A stretch of 64,000 nt of DNA from an uncultured Dehalococcoidia bacterium. Lineage in GTDB: Bacteria > Chloroflexota > Dehalococcoidia > Lucifugimonadales > JADFKI01. Position 1 is the stretch's first letter. Each line of letters starts with the position of its first letter. Below, in pieces: positions 25,670-34,894 of this stretch. Below the pieces are notes generated by a model that worked only from the letters and a program-made list of their open reading frames with translations, did no database searches and was not told where the DNA came from. A program made the translations under genes and the position numbers. The DNA lies in assembly GCA_958295865.1 (NCBI GenBank), contig CATQHF010000004.1:441506-505505 (forward strand), in the 5' to 3' direction.

Positions 25670-26713
25670 GTGATTATGAATGATTTTAGGCTTTGGGTTC
25701 GGGCTGGCGGCGTGGTGATGACGCTGCTTGCGATGGCGTGCGCGCTGATGGTTGCTGTGGGTGCGACTGTGGCGGCTCAGGGCGCGCCGGTGTCGGTGGA
25801 GGGGCAGGTGGTGAATGGCACTTCGGAGAGCGCCGGCGTGGCGGGGCTGGCGGTTACGCTGCACATGCAGGGAGCCGAGAGCTACGACAGCAGGGAGACG
25901 GATACGGACGATGACGGACGCTTTCGCTTCGATGGCATCGCGTTCGAGGCGTCGCTCATCTATGCGGTGTCGGTGCGCTATCAGGATGCGCTGTATGGCA
26001 CGGAGGTCAGCCTTGCGAATGGGACGCCGCCGCCCGTAACCCTTGAGGTCTATGACGCGGTGTATGACCAAGCGGTGATACGGGTCGGGTCGGCGTCGCT
26101 GCTGTTCGCGGACGCGGACCGCACGACCCAGAGCATCGCGGCGATGGAGATCGTGAAGATTATCAACGACTCGGAGTTCACCTTCGTGCCCGGAACGGGG
26201 GGGCCGATGAACTTGCTGCGGTTCGGGCTGCCGCCGGGCGCGGAGGGGTTGCAGGTGGACACGCGATTGCTTGGGGCGGACATCGTGCAGGTGGACAGGG
26301 GCTTCGCGGTGCTGGGCAGCGTGCCGCCGGGCAGCCACGACATCATGTTCACATACAGCTTTCCATACGACGGGACGGAGGCGACTTTCACGAAGTCTTT
26401 TCCGTTCGGGGCGGACAGCCTGCGGGTGCTTTCGCCGGATGAGGTGCTGCGAGTGACGAGCGAGGACATCGGCGCGCCGGGAGCGGTGAGCATCGGGGAG
26501 CGCCCGTATCAGCTCATCGAGGCGGCGGACATCGAGCGGGGCAGGCGCGTCAACTTGCGGCTTTCCGAGCTGCCGCGCACTACGCTTGCCGACAGGCTTC
26601 AAGGCGGCGTGAGCAATGCGCGCTATGAGTATGTCGCGCCGGTTCTGCTTGCGCTGTTTCTGGCGGCGCTGATTCCGTTTGCCATCGTGCGGCGGCGGGA
26701 TAAGGTGGGGTGA
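25670..26713 (+). CDS. Secreted, C-terminally membrane-anchored protein with carboxypeptidase-regulatory-like domain
   Basis: Signal peptide (VMTLLAMACALMVAVGATVAAQG), a CarboxypepD_reg-like segment (VEGQVVNGT...DDDGRFRFDGI), and a C-terminal TM helix followed by RRRDK. An alternative start is ATG 25676. Confidence 0.75.
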   Translation: MIMNDFRLWVRAGGVVMTLLAMACALMVAVGATVAAQGAPVSVEGQVVNGTSESAGVAGLAVTLHMQGAESYDSRETDTDDDGRFRFDGIAFEASLIYAVSVRYQDALYGTEVSLANGTPPPVTLEVYDAVYDQAVIRVGSASLLFADADRTTQSIAAMEIVKIINDSEFTFVPGTGGPMNLLRFGLPPGAEGLQVDTRLLGADIVQVDRGFAVLGSVPPGSHDIMFTYSFPYDGTEATFTKSFPFGADSLRVLSPDEVLRVTSEDIGAPGAVSIGERPYQLIEAADIERGRRVNLRLSELPRTTLADRLQGGVSNARYEYVAPVLLALFLAALIPFAIVRRRDKVG

Positions 26714-26764
26714 TTTTCTTTCGCGGGACTGACGCAAAGGTTTGCCGACTGAATGGAAACGCGG

Positions 26765-29569
26765 CTATTCAGTCAGGTTGATTTCGCCTTCCCATAGATG
26801 CTGGAAGCCGCCATTCACCCGCACATGCTGCCCCGTGCGAATTGCGGCGATGTCGTAGTCGGGGAGCGGGACGGTCGCCATGCAGTTATCCCCGAATGTT
26901 GCGTGCCGCTCAAAGCCGAAGTCGAGGTTGTCGAAGCCGTACTGCTTACGGTCGGCGGGTAGATCTTCTACATCAATTGGGTCGATGTGGAGGAAGAAGG
27001 TTGGGGCAGTGTCGTGCATGGCGCACTGCTCCTTGAGGTATATGAGGCGGTTTTCGATGAGATACACATCGAAGTCGGAGCGGATGGCGGGCGCATCGTT
27101 GCCGACTAGACGCGCAAGATCGACCCGAATAGGCTGTGCCGCATCCAGGTTGATCTCCCCCTCCCATAGATGCTGATAGCCACCGTCCACCTGCACATAC
27201 TGCCCCGTGCGAATTGCGGCGATGTCGTAGTCGGGGAGCGGAACGGTCGCCATACATCCCCCGCCGAACATCATGCCACGCTCATTGAAATCAAAGTCCA
27301 ATTTGTCATAGCCGTGCAGTTTGCGGTGGAAGGGAAGGTCGCCTCTGCTGAGCGGGTCGATGTGGAGAAAGAATTGTGGGGCAGTGTCGGCGGCGGCGGC
27401 GGCACATTGGCGCTTTATGTATATGAGGGAGTTCTCGGTAAGATACACATCGAAGTCGGAGCGGATGACGGACGCATCGTTGTCGGCAAGACGCGCGATA
27501 TAGTCGTCTGCCAACATCGCCTCCACCCGAATGGGCAATACCGCATCGCGCGGCAGCATGACGGCGGCTGTGCATAGCCCGGTTTGCGCCTGCTGCCACG
27601 CTGCGGCGATAGATCCGTCCGCTTGACCGCCCCACGAGCATACCACCAACTCATCCGGTTCGCAGTCTTGCGCGAACGCCTGCGCCTGTCGGCCGTCCAC
27701 AATCAGCCCTACGCCGTCGGATTCGTAGTGGAAGTGCGGTTGCATTTGTTCCCAAAACCATGAAGCGCTATCGAACTCTACACTCTCCAACGGCTTTGCC
27801 AGAATAAGCCCAAACCTTCGTACCACTCCACTACGCGGACTACGCCACCCAACACTCTTGAATAGGGTTCTATCAATATAAGCGTCGGAGTGCATGATGT
27901 TGGCGTAGTGGGTTATCCCGAACTCATTTGGGCCTTCTTCATAGCCCTCCTGTCTATGTGCGTATCGACGAAAATAGTCGTATGAGTTCACCAGTCCGTC
28001 CAGATTCACCACCGGATACTGCGAAAAGTAACCTATCACACCGGCGTCCCACGACCCAATCACGCTATCTTCAGGAAGCAGGCGGTTCATAACTTGCACG
28101 CCCAAGTAAGTAGTTGACTCCCATTCCTGGCTGGTTCGCTTGCTCTTCTGGTCAACCCACTTGAAAGGTTCAGTAAAACTCACATTTGCAAGCAGGAGAG
28201 CCGCGCCGGCGACAAAGATCCCGACGCTTGACACATTGGCGACGATACGCCAATACGGAGCGATGAAGCGTCGGACGAAGTAAATGACAACATAGCAACC
28301 GACCGGGATCATCAGCGCCATCATCAGGTATGCCGGGACGAAATACCAAACATGATTTCCCCGATAAGGATGCCCCAAGAGGACGGTTTGGGCGAACTTG
28401 GCAAGATGACCGGCTGCCAGACTGAACACGCACAGCAGAAAGACCAGCGCCAGCCAGTCATCACGGCTGCGGGAGCGGCGGGCGAACCACCAGATTATCA
28501 GGAAGCAGGCGCAGATTGCCAGCGCTACCGGCGCCCCGTAGCCGAAGACTTCAAGTTGCAATAAGTTCTGAAAGCTTCGGGTAAGGCTGTATCCGCCTTC
28601 TTCGTTCCACCAAGTTTGCGCCCATGCCCGCTTGGTGACGGCGTTCACCGGGATGACGCCGCCAAAGACCAGTTGGTTGTAAGCGAAATAGACCAGAATG
28701 CCGGCGCCGGCGGCGAACAGCGACGGCAGCGCTTGCAGTCGGGATAGGGTGTGCATCAACTCGCGCCATGATGCGCCGAAGGGTTTATCGCGCCATGACA
28801 ACTCCATGAGGCACAGCGCGCCGGTTGCCGCGAGTGAGATTGCGATGTACTCCAAGCGCATCCAGGGGAGGGCGAAGGCGACGGCGGCGAGCAGCCACTT
28901 CCAGCGGGCAGGGTTGCGCGCATAGAGCATCAGGGACAAGAAGAGCGCGCCCAGCATGCACAGCGCCAGCGCCGCCTCCAGCCCTATTATCAGGGCGTGA
29001 ATGCCGTAAAGCGTGGGCAGCAGGGCGAACAGCAGGATCCAGGGTAGGCGCGCTAGTCGCGCGGCAACGGCGATGAGCGCCACGCCGCCGGCGATCAGCA
29101 TTATCTCGAACGCCTTGATTGCGAATAGCGCGGCTTCCTTGTCTAGCGCCCAATAGAAGGGCGTGATAAGAAACAGCCAGAGGGGATGGTAGCCGTTGGT
29201 GCGGGTGATGCCGCCGTCGAATGTGGAGAACTTGCCCTCGGCGAGATTGTAGGCTATCTGAAAGTAGTAGAATCCGTCGTCGTAGTTGACATCGCGGATA
29301 AGGTTGAAGAGGTTGAAGCGGGTGAGCATGTATGCGGCGAAAGCCGCGCCATAAGCGAAGATTGCCGCGATAAACAGCGCGAACAGGGCGTTTCGCAGTC
29401 GGGGGGACGAAATGCCTTTCATTGCACTGATGCTCTGATAACGGGCGGTCAGCGACCGCCAGAGGCCATTGAGTATATGCAGCAAGGTTTCCTTTGTGTC
29501 AGCGAATTCGCGTGATTCGCGCAGGATGGCAGACGTGATTGCGCGCGGTCTTCCCAATGTTACTTGCAC
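26765..29569 (-). CDS. Polytopic GT-C/ArnT-PMT-like membrane protein with two C-terminal ~120-aa repeat modules
   Basis: YDDGFYYFQIAYNLAEGKFSTFDGGITRTNGYHPLW followed by more than 10 TM helices. The C-terminus carries two copies of the module IRSDFDVYLxENxLIYxKxxC...FFLHIDP...LDFxF...CMATVPLPDYDIAAIRTGQ...HLWEGEINL. An alternative start is ATG 29422. Confidence 0.85.
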   Translation of the reverse strand: MQVTLGRPRAITSAILRESREFADTKETLLHILNGLWRSLTARYQSISAMKGISSPRLRNALFALFIAAIFAYGAAFAAYMLTRFNLFNLIRDVNYDDGFYYFQIAYNLAEGKFSTFDGGITRTNGYHPLWLFLITPFYWALDKEAALFAIKAFEIMLIAGGVALIAVAARLARLPWILLFALLPTLYGIHALIIGLEAALALCMLGALFLSLMLYARNPARWKWLLAAVAFALPWMRLEYIAISLAATGALCLMELSWRDKPFGASWRELMHTLSRLQALPSLFAAGAGILVYFAYNQLVFGGVIPVNAVTKRAWAQTWWNEEGGYSLTRSFQNLLQLEVFGYGAPVALAICACFLIIWWFARRSRSRDDWLALVFLLCVFSLAAGHLAKFAQTVLLGHPYRGNHVWYFVPAYLMMALMIPVGCYVVIYFVRRFIAPYWRIVANVSSVGIFVAGAALLLANVSFTEPFKWVDQKSKRTSQEWESTTYLGVQVMNRLLPEDSVIGSWDAGVIGYFSQYPVVNLDGLVNSYDYFRRYAHRQEGYEEGPNEFGITHYANIMHSDAYIDRTLFKSVGWRSPRSGVVRRFGLILAKPLESVEFDSASWFWEQMQPHFHYESDGVGLIVDGRQAQAFAQDCEPDELVVCSWGGQADGSIAAAWQQAQTGLCTAAVMLPRDAVLPIRVEAMLADDYIARLADNDASVIRSDFDVYLTENSLIYIKRQCAAAAADTAPQFFLHIDPLSRGDLPFHRKLHGYDKLDFDFNERGMMFGGGCMATVPLPDYDIAAIRTGQYVQVDGGYQHLWEGEINLDAAQPIRVDLARLVGNDAPAIRSDFDVYLIENRLIYLKEQCAMHDTAPTFFLHIDPIDVEDLPADRKQYGFDNLDFGFERHATFGDNCMATVPLPDYDIAAIRTGQHVRVNGGFQHLWEGEINLTE

Positions 29570-29640
29570 AACCTTCTAATTGTGGCAGCTCACGGCTGTG
29601 CCGTGTTCTCATTTTACAATAGCCTCATCCTCCACTGATA

Positions 29641-29985
29641 GGGGGGAATTGAGAATTAGAAATTAAGAATTAAGAATTGGGTTGTGGTTAGGGTTGGTGT
29701 GCGATGTTTCGCGGGCTGATGGCAACCGGAACCGAGGTTCGAGGGCGGTTGCTGAAGGCATAGGTGTTCGGCAGATTGGGATTTTTGATTCCTCACTCCG
29801 TTCGGAATGACGGGGGGAGCAATTAAGAATTAGAAATTAAGAATTAAGAATTGGGTTGTGTTTGGGGTTGGGGTGCGGTGTTGCGCGGGCCGATGGCAAC
29901 CGATACCGAAGTTTGGGGGCGGTTGCTGAAGGCATAGGTGTTCGGCGGGCTAGGATTTTTGATTCCTCACGCTGTTCGGAATGAC
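29641..29985. repeat. Tandem duplication (about 171 + 174 bp) of repeat family F
   Basis: Unit: GGGGGGA(AT-rich AATTAAGAATTAGAAATTAAGAATT)GGGTTGTG...GGCAACCG...CGGTTGCTGAAGGCATAGGTGTTCGGC...GATTTTTGATTCCTCAC(T/G)C(C/T)GTTCGGAATGAC. It is present twice head-to-tail. Confidence 0.8.
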
Positions 29986-30240
29986 AGAGAAAATTGCTGT
30001 GTCATGTTCGGGATGGTGGCATTTTAGGCGCTGGATTCCTGCCCCTGCTTCCGCAGGGGTGACGTTCTTTCGCAGGAATGACGGGACGCAAATTCAAAAT
30101 GTCCACAGAAATTAGGATTTTTGATTTCTCGCTACACTCGAAATGAGGGGGTGGTAGGGGGCGGAAGGGTGGTTCGACAGGCTCACCACGAACGGAAAGA
30201 GTTTATGCCGTTGCTATCCGATGTCTGCCCCCTACCTCTG

Positions 30241-31050
30241 TCAGCGGAAGGGTGGGTGGCGTTCGGGACGGCGAGGCTTTTTGTTGCCGGGCAGGTGGCT
30301 TATTTCGGATAGGTAGTCGGTGTGTCCCTGGGAGATTTGCCTTGCGCTCTCGGCTGCCTTTTCTTCTATTCGCTCTGCTTCGGCTACTTCTTTCATGTGC
30401 GCTTCCGATACTGGCGCGTGGCTCTCTACTACCGCCGGGTGGTCTTCGTCTAGGTCGCGGCAGGCGCAGATGCAGTCGGGGTGGCAGGGGGAGTAGTAGG
30501 ACATGAACTCAGGGTCGGGGGTGGAGGGGTTGCCGAAGCCCCAGCTCAATAGAACCTTCGCGGCTTCTATCCTGTCCCTTGGCTTGGCGTCTCGGTCGCG
30601 TCCTTCCAGCACTTCGTTGAGTATCCTGACTATGCTTGCGCCTTCGCCGGTCTCGACTCGGATGCGGGCGACGAGCTTTTTGTTCAGCCTTTCGTGTTCG
30701 GGGCTGACTGCTTGCGTAGGGCCGTTTTCTCCCTGGGCGTCTTCTTTCTTTGCTTGCCGTTCCATCTTGGAACTGAGGCTGTTGATGAGCGCCTCGGCTT
30801 CTTGGAAGCCTAGTTTGAGCAGCAGGCGGGCGGCTTGCAGTCTGTGATGGGGCATGCTGTCTTGGTCGTCGCCGGTCATGATGGAGACGATGCTGCGTAT
30901 GATGGTTCTGCCGTTGTCGGTTTCTTGGTGGACTAGGTGCTGGAGGTGCTCGATGGCGGTCGCGCAGTGCCTGTTGTCCAGGTGGTCATGTTGGGCATGA
31001 CTGTCCTGGCTGTCCTGTTGGTGTTGGTTTATGGGGGTTGGTTGGTTCAT
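30241..31050 (-). CDS. Hypothetical protein with two internal helical repeats ending in RxxAAxxLLxxGF(G)
   Basis: 269 aa with TIIRSIVSIMTGDDQDSMPHHRLQAARLLLKLGF and SIVRILNEVLEGRDRDAKPRDRIEAAKVLLSWGFG. The motif resembles that of phage small-terminase-like DNA-binding proteins. There is also a Cys/His cluster, YYSPCHPDCICAC. Confidence 0.55.
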   Translation of the reverse strand: MNQPTPINQHQQDSQDSHAQHDHLDNRHCATAIEHLQHLVHQETDNGRTIIRSIVSIMTGDDQDSMPHHRLQAARLLLKLGFQEAEALINSLSSKMERQAKKEDAQGENGPTQAVSPEHERLNKKLVARIRVETGEGASIVRILNEVLEGRDRDAKPRDRIEAAKVLLSWGFGNPSTPDPEFMSYYSPCHPDCICACRDLDEDHPAVVESHAPVSEAHMKEVAEAERIEEKAAESARQISQGHTDYLSEISHLPGNKKPRRPERHPPFR

Positions 31051-31203
31051 TGGTTTTTCCCAAGGGTTTTAGGGTGTCTGGATTTCAGGGTTTTGGGTTG
31101 TCAGGGATTAGGGTGTTAGGTTGTTCGTGCTTGTTATGCAACTTATGTTCTTGCGAATAGTATAGGTGAGCGTTTGGGTGGTGTCAAGGGTGATTTTTGG
31201 GGG

Positions 31204-31382
31204 GAGAAAATTGCATTGGTACGGTTTAGCCGTTGATGGGCAGGCGTTTTTGCCCCCATCCTAACCTTCCCCCAGAGGGGGAAGGGACAATCACGCGGTC
31301 GGATTGCGCTTGACAGCAGGCAACCTTCCTCCATCAAGGGGGAAGGGACTAATGCAAGGGAAGGGACTGATGCAATTTTCTC
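31204..31382. mobile_element. MITE family A copy (A2), expanded by an internal duplication
   Basis: GAGAAAATTGCATTGG...two copies of the CCTTCC..GGGGGAAGGGAC core...CTGATGCAATTTTCTC, flanked by TGGGGG on both sides. Confidence 0.7.
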
Positions 31383-31411
31383 TGGGGGAATTGGCGAGTG
31401 AATGAGGGGAC

Positions 31412-31592
31412 GGGTGGTTCGACAAGCTCACCACGAACGATAAAAAAGATGCTCACCACGAAACGAAAAAAGATGCTCACTGCGAACGGGGAGGGTAGGC
31501 TTGCTGCGAATGGAATATAGGGCTGGCATGGGTGGATAGAATGGGGTGATGGTTAGGGCTGCGTTGGGGATTGGGGTTGGTGGTGTATGGGG
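31412..31592. repeat. Repeat block G, copy 1 (C-type hairpin GGTGGTTCGACAAGCTCACCACGAACG plus G-rich tail)
   Basis: Aligns by eye with 31827-31975. It ends in GGGGTGATGGTTAGGGCTGCGTTGGGGATTGGGGTTGG. Confidence 0.65.
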
Positions 31593-31826
31593 ATTTTTGA
31601 TTCCTCACTCCGTTCGGAATGACAGGGGGAGGGAGGTTCGGAATGGCAAGGGGAGAGAGGTTCGGAATGACAATGAAAATTGCTGGCGTGTGTTTGCGAT
31701 GGTGGCATTTGAGGCTCTGGATTCCTGCCCCTGCTTTCGCAGGGGTGACTTTCTTTCGCAGGAATGACGGGGTGGGAGAACAGGAATAGCGGGATGAAAA
31801 GTGGAAGTATCAGTAGAATCTAGGGT

Positions 31827-31975
31827 GGGTGGTTCGACAAGCTCACCACGAACGATAAAAAGATGCTTGCTGTGAACGGGAGGTAGGCTTGCTGTGGGCG
31901 GAGTATGGGGTTGGTGTGGATGGATGGGACGGGGTGATGGTTAGGGTTGTGTTGGGGATTGGGGTTGGTACGGAG
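31827..31975. repeat. Repeat block G, copy 2 (overlaps the 3' end of the GNAT gene)
   Basis: Same order of motifs as copy 1. Its GGTTAGGG supplies the TAA stop (31941-31943) of the GNAT ORF. Confidence 0.65.
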
Positions 31976-32492
31976 TGGCGGTGAGGGGCTTGGTGAGGTA
32001 TTGGCAGGTTTCGCGCCAGTGGCGTTTTTTGCCTTGGATGTCTTGGTAGGTGCCGCCTATTTGGAATGTGCCTATGCCGGTGTCGGCGTAGCGGCGGCGC
32101 TCGTATAGGGCGCGGGCGCGGGGGTTGTCTGTGCCGACGGCTAGGCCTATTAGGGTGAAGCCGCGCTTGGCGGCGATGCGCTCGGCGCGGTTGAGTATCT
32201 GTGTGCCGATGCCTTGCGAGCGATAGCGGGGCATGACGAAGAGGTCTTCGATGTGGGCGCAATTGGCGATGCGCTGGGCGATGAAGGCGTCTGTCGCGCC
32301 TGTCCAGCGTACCATTGTGTGCCCTACGGGGACGCCGTCAAGCCAGGCTATGAGGTAGGTGAGACGCCCGTCTCGCTGCTGCGTGAAGCGTTGGTGATGC
32401 CTGCCCGCAAGCCGCTCGGGGTCGAGGTGGGCGTCGAGCAGGGGGATTTCGGATTGTTCCAGCGGTCTTATTTCGAGGGCTGATGTGTTCAA
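31941..32492 (-). CDS. GNAT family N-acetyltransferase
   Basis: IEDLFVMPRYRSQGIGTQILNRAERIAAKRGF is the acetyl-CoA binding motif A. Confidence 0.9.
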   Translation of the reverse strand: MNTSALEIRPLEQSEIPLLDAHLDPERLAGRHHQRFTQQRDGRLTYLIAWLDGVPVGHTMVRWTGATDAFIAQRIANCAHIEDLFVMPRYRSQGIGTQILNRAERIAAKRGFTLIGLAVGTDNPRARALYERRRYADTGIGTFQIGGTYQDIQGKKRHWRETCQYLTKPLTATPYQPQSPTQP

Positions 32493-32639
32493 CTATCTTT
32501 ATTCCTTCGGCAAGGGTTTAGGGCGGGGGACTTGTGAGGGCGACCGGCCGATCGCCCCTACAAGAAGGCGCTGGCATAATGGTATGTGGGGGCGAATGTA
32601 TCCGCATATCATCATAACGGGAATGGCTGTCTAGCCGAA

Positions 32640-33596
32640 CTAGGGCAGTTGAACGCCAAGTCCGCGCTCCAGCGCTATCTGATATATCCGTATCCCGGTG
32701 GTGATGTCCTGCACTGCCAGTCCCTGCGATTCGAAGAGGGTAATGTCATCGGCGAATATGCGCCCTGCCGCCGCGCCGCCGACTACATCGGCGAGGCTTT
32801 TTACCTGCTCCCATCGGATTGAGCCTAGCTCGGCGGGATATATCAGGTCGCCGCATTCCATCTTTGCCTGCTCGATGTCGTCGGTGACGATGACGGCGGA
32901 GCGGCGGACGGCGTCGCCGTCGAGTTCGCGCCGCATCCAGTGGTTCGCGCCCGCGGCGTTGATATGCGTTCCCTTGTCCAGCCATGCGCCGTTTAGCACG
33001 GGACGCCCGGCGCTGGTCATGGTTATCACGACATCCGCGCCCGCTACGCACTCTTCACCGCTTCCGACGGGGTAGATCTCGATGCCCAGCCGCGCGCTCA
33101 TCTCGTCGGCGAACGCGGTTCTGCGCTCCGCGCTGCGGCTGAATACGCGCGCGCTTGTGACGGGGCGCACCTTGCACACGGCTTCGAGCTGCGTGCGCGC
33201 CTGATAGCCGGAGCCGATGATGCCCACGCTTGCCGCATCATCGCGCGCCATGTACTTGGCGGCGACGCCGCTTGCCGCGCCGGTGCGAACCTGCCCCAGG
33301 TCGCCGGCTTCCATGACCGAAAGCAGTTCGCCGCTCTCCGTGCTGAAGAGCTGGACATAGAACTTGACGGGGTTGCCGGGGGCGACGCCGTAAGCCTTCA
33401 GTCCCATGACGCCCGCGCCCGGGGCGGCGGCGCACATGAAGTTGAACAGGCCGCCGGCTGGCAGGCGAATCCGCGAGCGCGGGCTGTTGGTTGCCGCGCC
33501 CTCGGCAATCAGCCGAAACGCCTCTTCTACGCACTCCAGCGCCAAGTCCATCGTCAGCGCTTCGTTGACATCTTGTTCGGTTAGGTATAGAGCCAA
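32640..33596 (-). CDS. Ornithine cyclodeaminase/mu-crystallin family protein
   Basis: 318 aa with VGIIGSGYQARTQLEA (Rossmann fold) and a full-length OCD_Mu_crystallin pattern. Confidence 0.9.
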   Translation of the reverse strand: MALYLTEQDVNEALTMDLALECVEEAFRLIAEGAATNSPRSRIRLPAGGLFNFMCAAAPGAGVMGLKAYGVAPGNPVKFYVQLFSTESGELLSVMEAGDLGQVRTGAASGVAAKYMARDDAASVGIIGSGYQARTQLEAVCKVRPVTSARVFSRSAERRTAFADEMSARLGIEIYPVGSGEECVAGADVVITMTSAGRPVLNGAWLDKGTHINAAGANHWMRRELDGDAVRRSAVIVTDDIEQAKMECGDLIYPAELGSIRWEQVKSLADVVGGAAAGRIFADDITLFESQGLAVQDITTGIRIYQIALERGLGVQLP

Positions 33597-33751
33597 AGTT
33601 CACTACTCCTTGATAGGCGTTGACAATTATAGGTACAAGGATAACAATAAAGATAGACGGAATGGATTTTTTTGAGTTGCTAGGCTAATCCCTTCCCTTC
33701 TATCATGTTAATGCATGTCAGGCATGTTTATCCATGTGAGGAGTCTCTGCC

Positions 33752-34894
33752 ATGTACACTCCCGAACCGAAAACGCAGGCGCGTCTGGACGACTTGGCGC
33801 GCGATTTGGAGTACCGCGCCGCGCACTTCGCGGGCTATCCATGCAACCAGAACTTCGACTATTCCGCGCTGACGCCCTTTCTGCAACTCGTTCTCAACAA
33901 TGTCGGCGATCCGTTTCGCGGCAGCAACTTTTCCAGCAATACGCATGAAATCGAGCGCGAGGTCATCACGCAGTTCGCGCGCCTTCTGAGGCTTCCGGAA
34001 GAGGACGCATGGGGTTATGTGACGAACGGCGGCACCGAGGGCAATATGTACGGGCTGTTCCTCGCGCGCGAGCTCTTCCCCGAGGGCGTCGTCTATTTCT
34101 CTGAGGATACGCATTACAGCGTGGTCAAGATTATGCGCGTCCTGAAGGCTCGCAGCATCATGATAAAGAGCCAGCCGAGCGGCGAGATAGACTATGAAGA
34201 CCTGTACGAAACCATCCGCATCAACCGCGATGCGCCGGTCATCTTCATGGCGAACATCGGCACGACGATGAAGGGCGCGGTGGACGATATAGGCAAGGTG
34301 CGCGACATCTTGAAGCAGCTCGCCATCACCGAGTCGTATATCCATGGGGACGCGGCGCTGAGCGGCATGATCCTGCCATTCGTGGACGAACCGCAGCCTT
34401 ATGCCTTCGATCAAGGGTTTGACAGCCTGTCCATAAGCGGGCATAAGCTCATCGGCTCACCCCTGCCCTGCGGCGTCGTGCTCACCAGAAGCGCTTATGT
34501 GGCGCGCATATCGCGCTCAATCGAGTATGTGGGCGTGATGGACACGACCCTCACCGGCTCGCGCAACGCCATCACGCCCCTGATGATATGGCTTGCCTTC
34601 CAGCGCTACGGCATCGAGGGCTTTCGCGGCTTGGTAGCGGATATGCTGGATACCGCTCGCTACGCCGTCGACCGCTTCAACGCGCTCGACATTCCGGCGT
34701 GGCGCAACAAGAACTCGGTCACGGTGGTGTTTCCCAAGCCGTCGCCGCAGATCATAGCCAAGTGGCAGCTCGCCTCTTATGAGGACATCGCGCACATCAT
34801 CACGATGCCCCATGTAACCCGTGAGATGATAGACAAGATCGCAGCCGAATGCGTGCAAGATGAGCGCGCGCGCCAGCCACAGGAGGCACGTTAG
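33752..34894 (+). CDS. PLP-dependent group II decarboxylase, histidine-decarboxylase-like
   Basis: YVTNGGTEGNMYG, FSEDTHYSV and SISGHKLIGSPLPCGVVL (PLP lysine). This closely matches the Gram-negative HdcA pattern. Confidence 0.88.
   Translation: MYTPEPKTQARLDDLARDLEYRAAHFAGYPCNQNFDYSALTPFLQLVLNNVGDPFRGSNFSSNTHEIEREVITQFARLLRLPEEDAWGYVTNGGTEGNMYGLFLARELFPEGVVYFSEDTHYSVVKIMRVLKARSIMIKSQPSGEIDYEDLYETIRINRDAPVIFMANIGTTMKGAVDDIGKVRDILKQLAITESYIHGDAALSGMILPFVDEPQPYAFDQGFDSLSISGHKLIGSPLPCGVVLTRSAYVARISRSIEYVGVMDTTLTGSRNAITPLMIWLAFQRYGIEGFRGLVADMLDTARYAVDRFNALDIPAWRNKNSVTVVFPKPSPQIIAKWQLASYEDIAHIITMPHVTREMIDKIAAECVQDERARQPQEAR

Noticed and set aside
25568-26737. 389-aa minus-strand ORF
   Set aside because: Extremely Arg/His/Pro-rich antisense shadow of the secreted CarboxypepD_reg-like gene on the + strand.
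33614-33650. Promoter TTGACA...AACAAT upstream of the decarboxylase gene
   Set aside because: The -35 is perfect, but no good -10 lies at 16-18 nt spacing (best match 4/6). Too weak to list.
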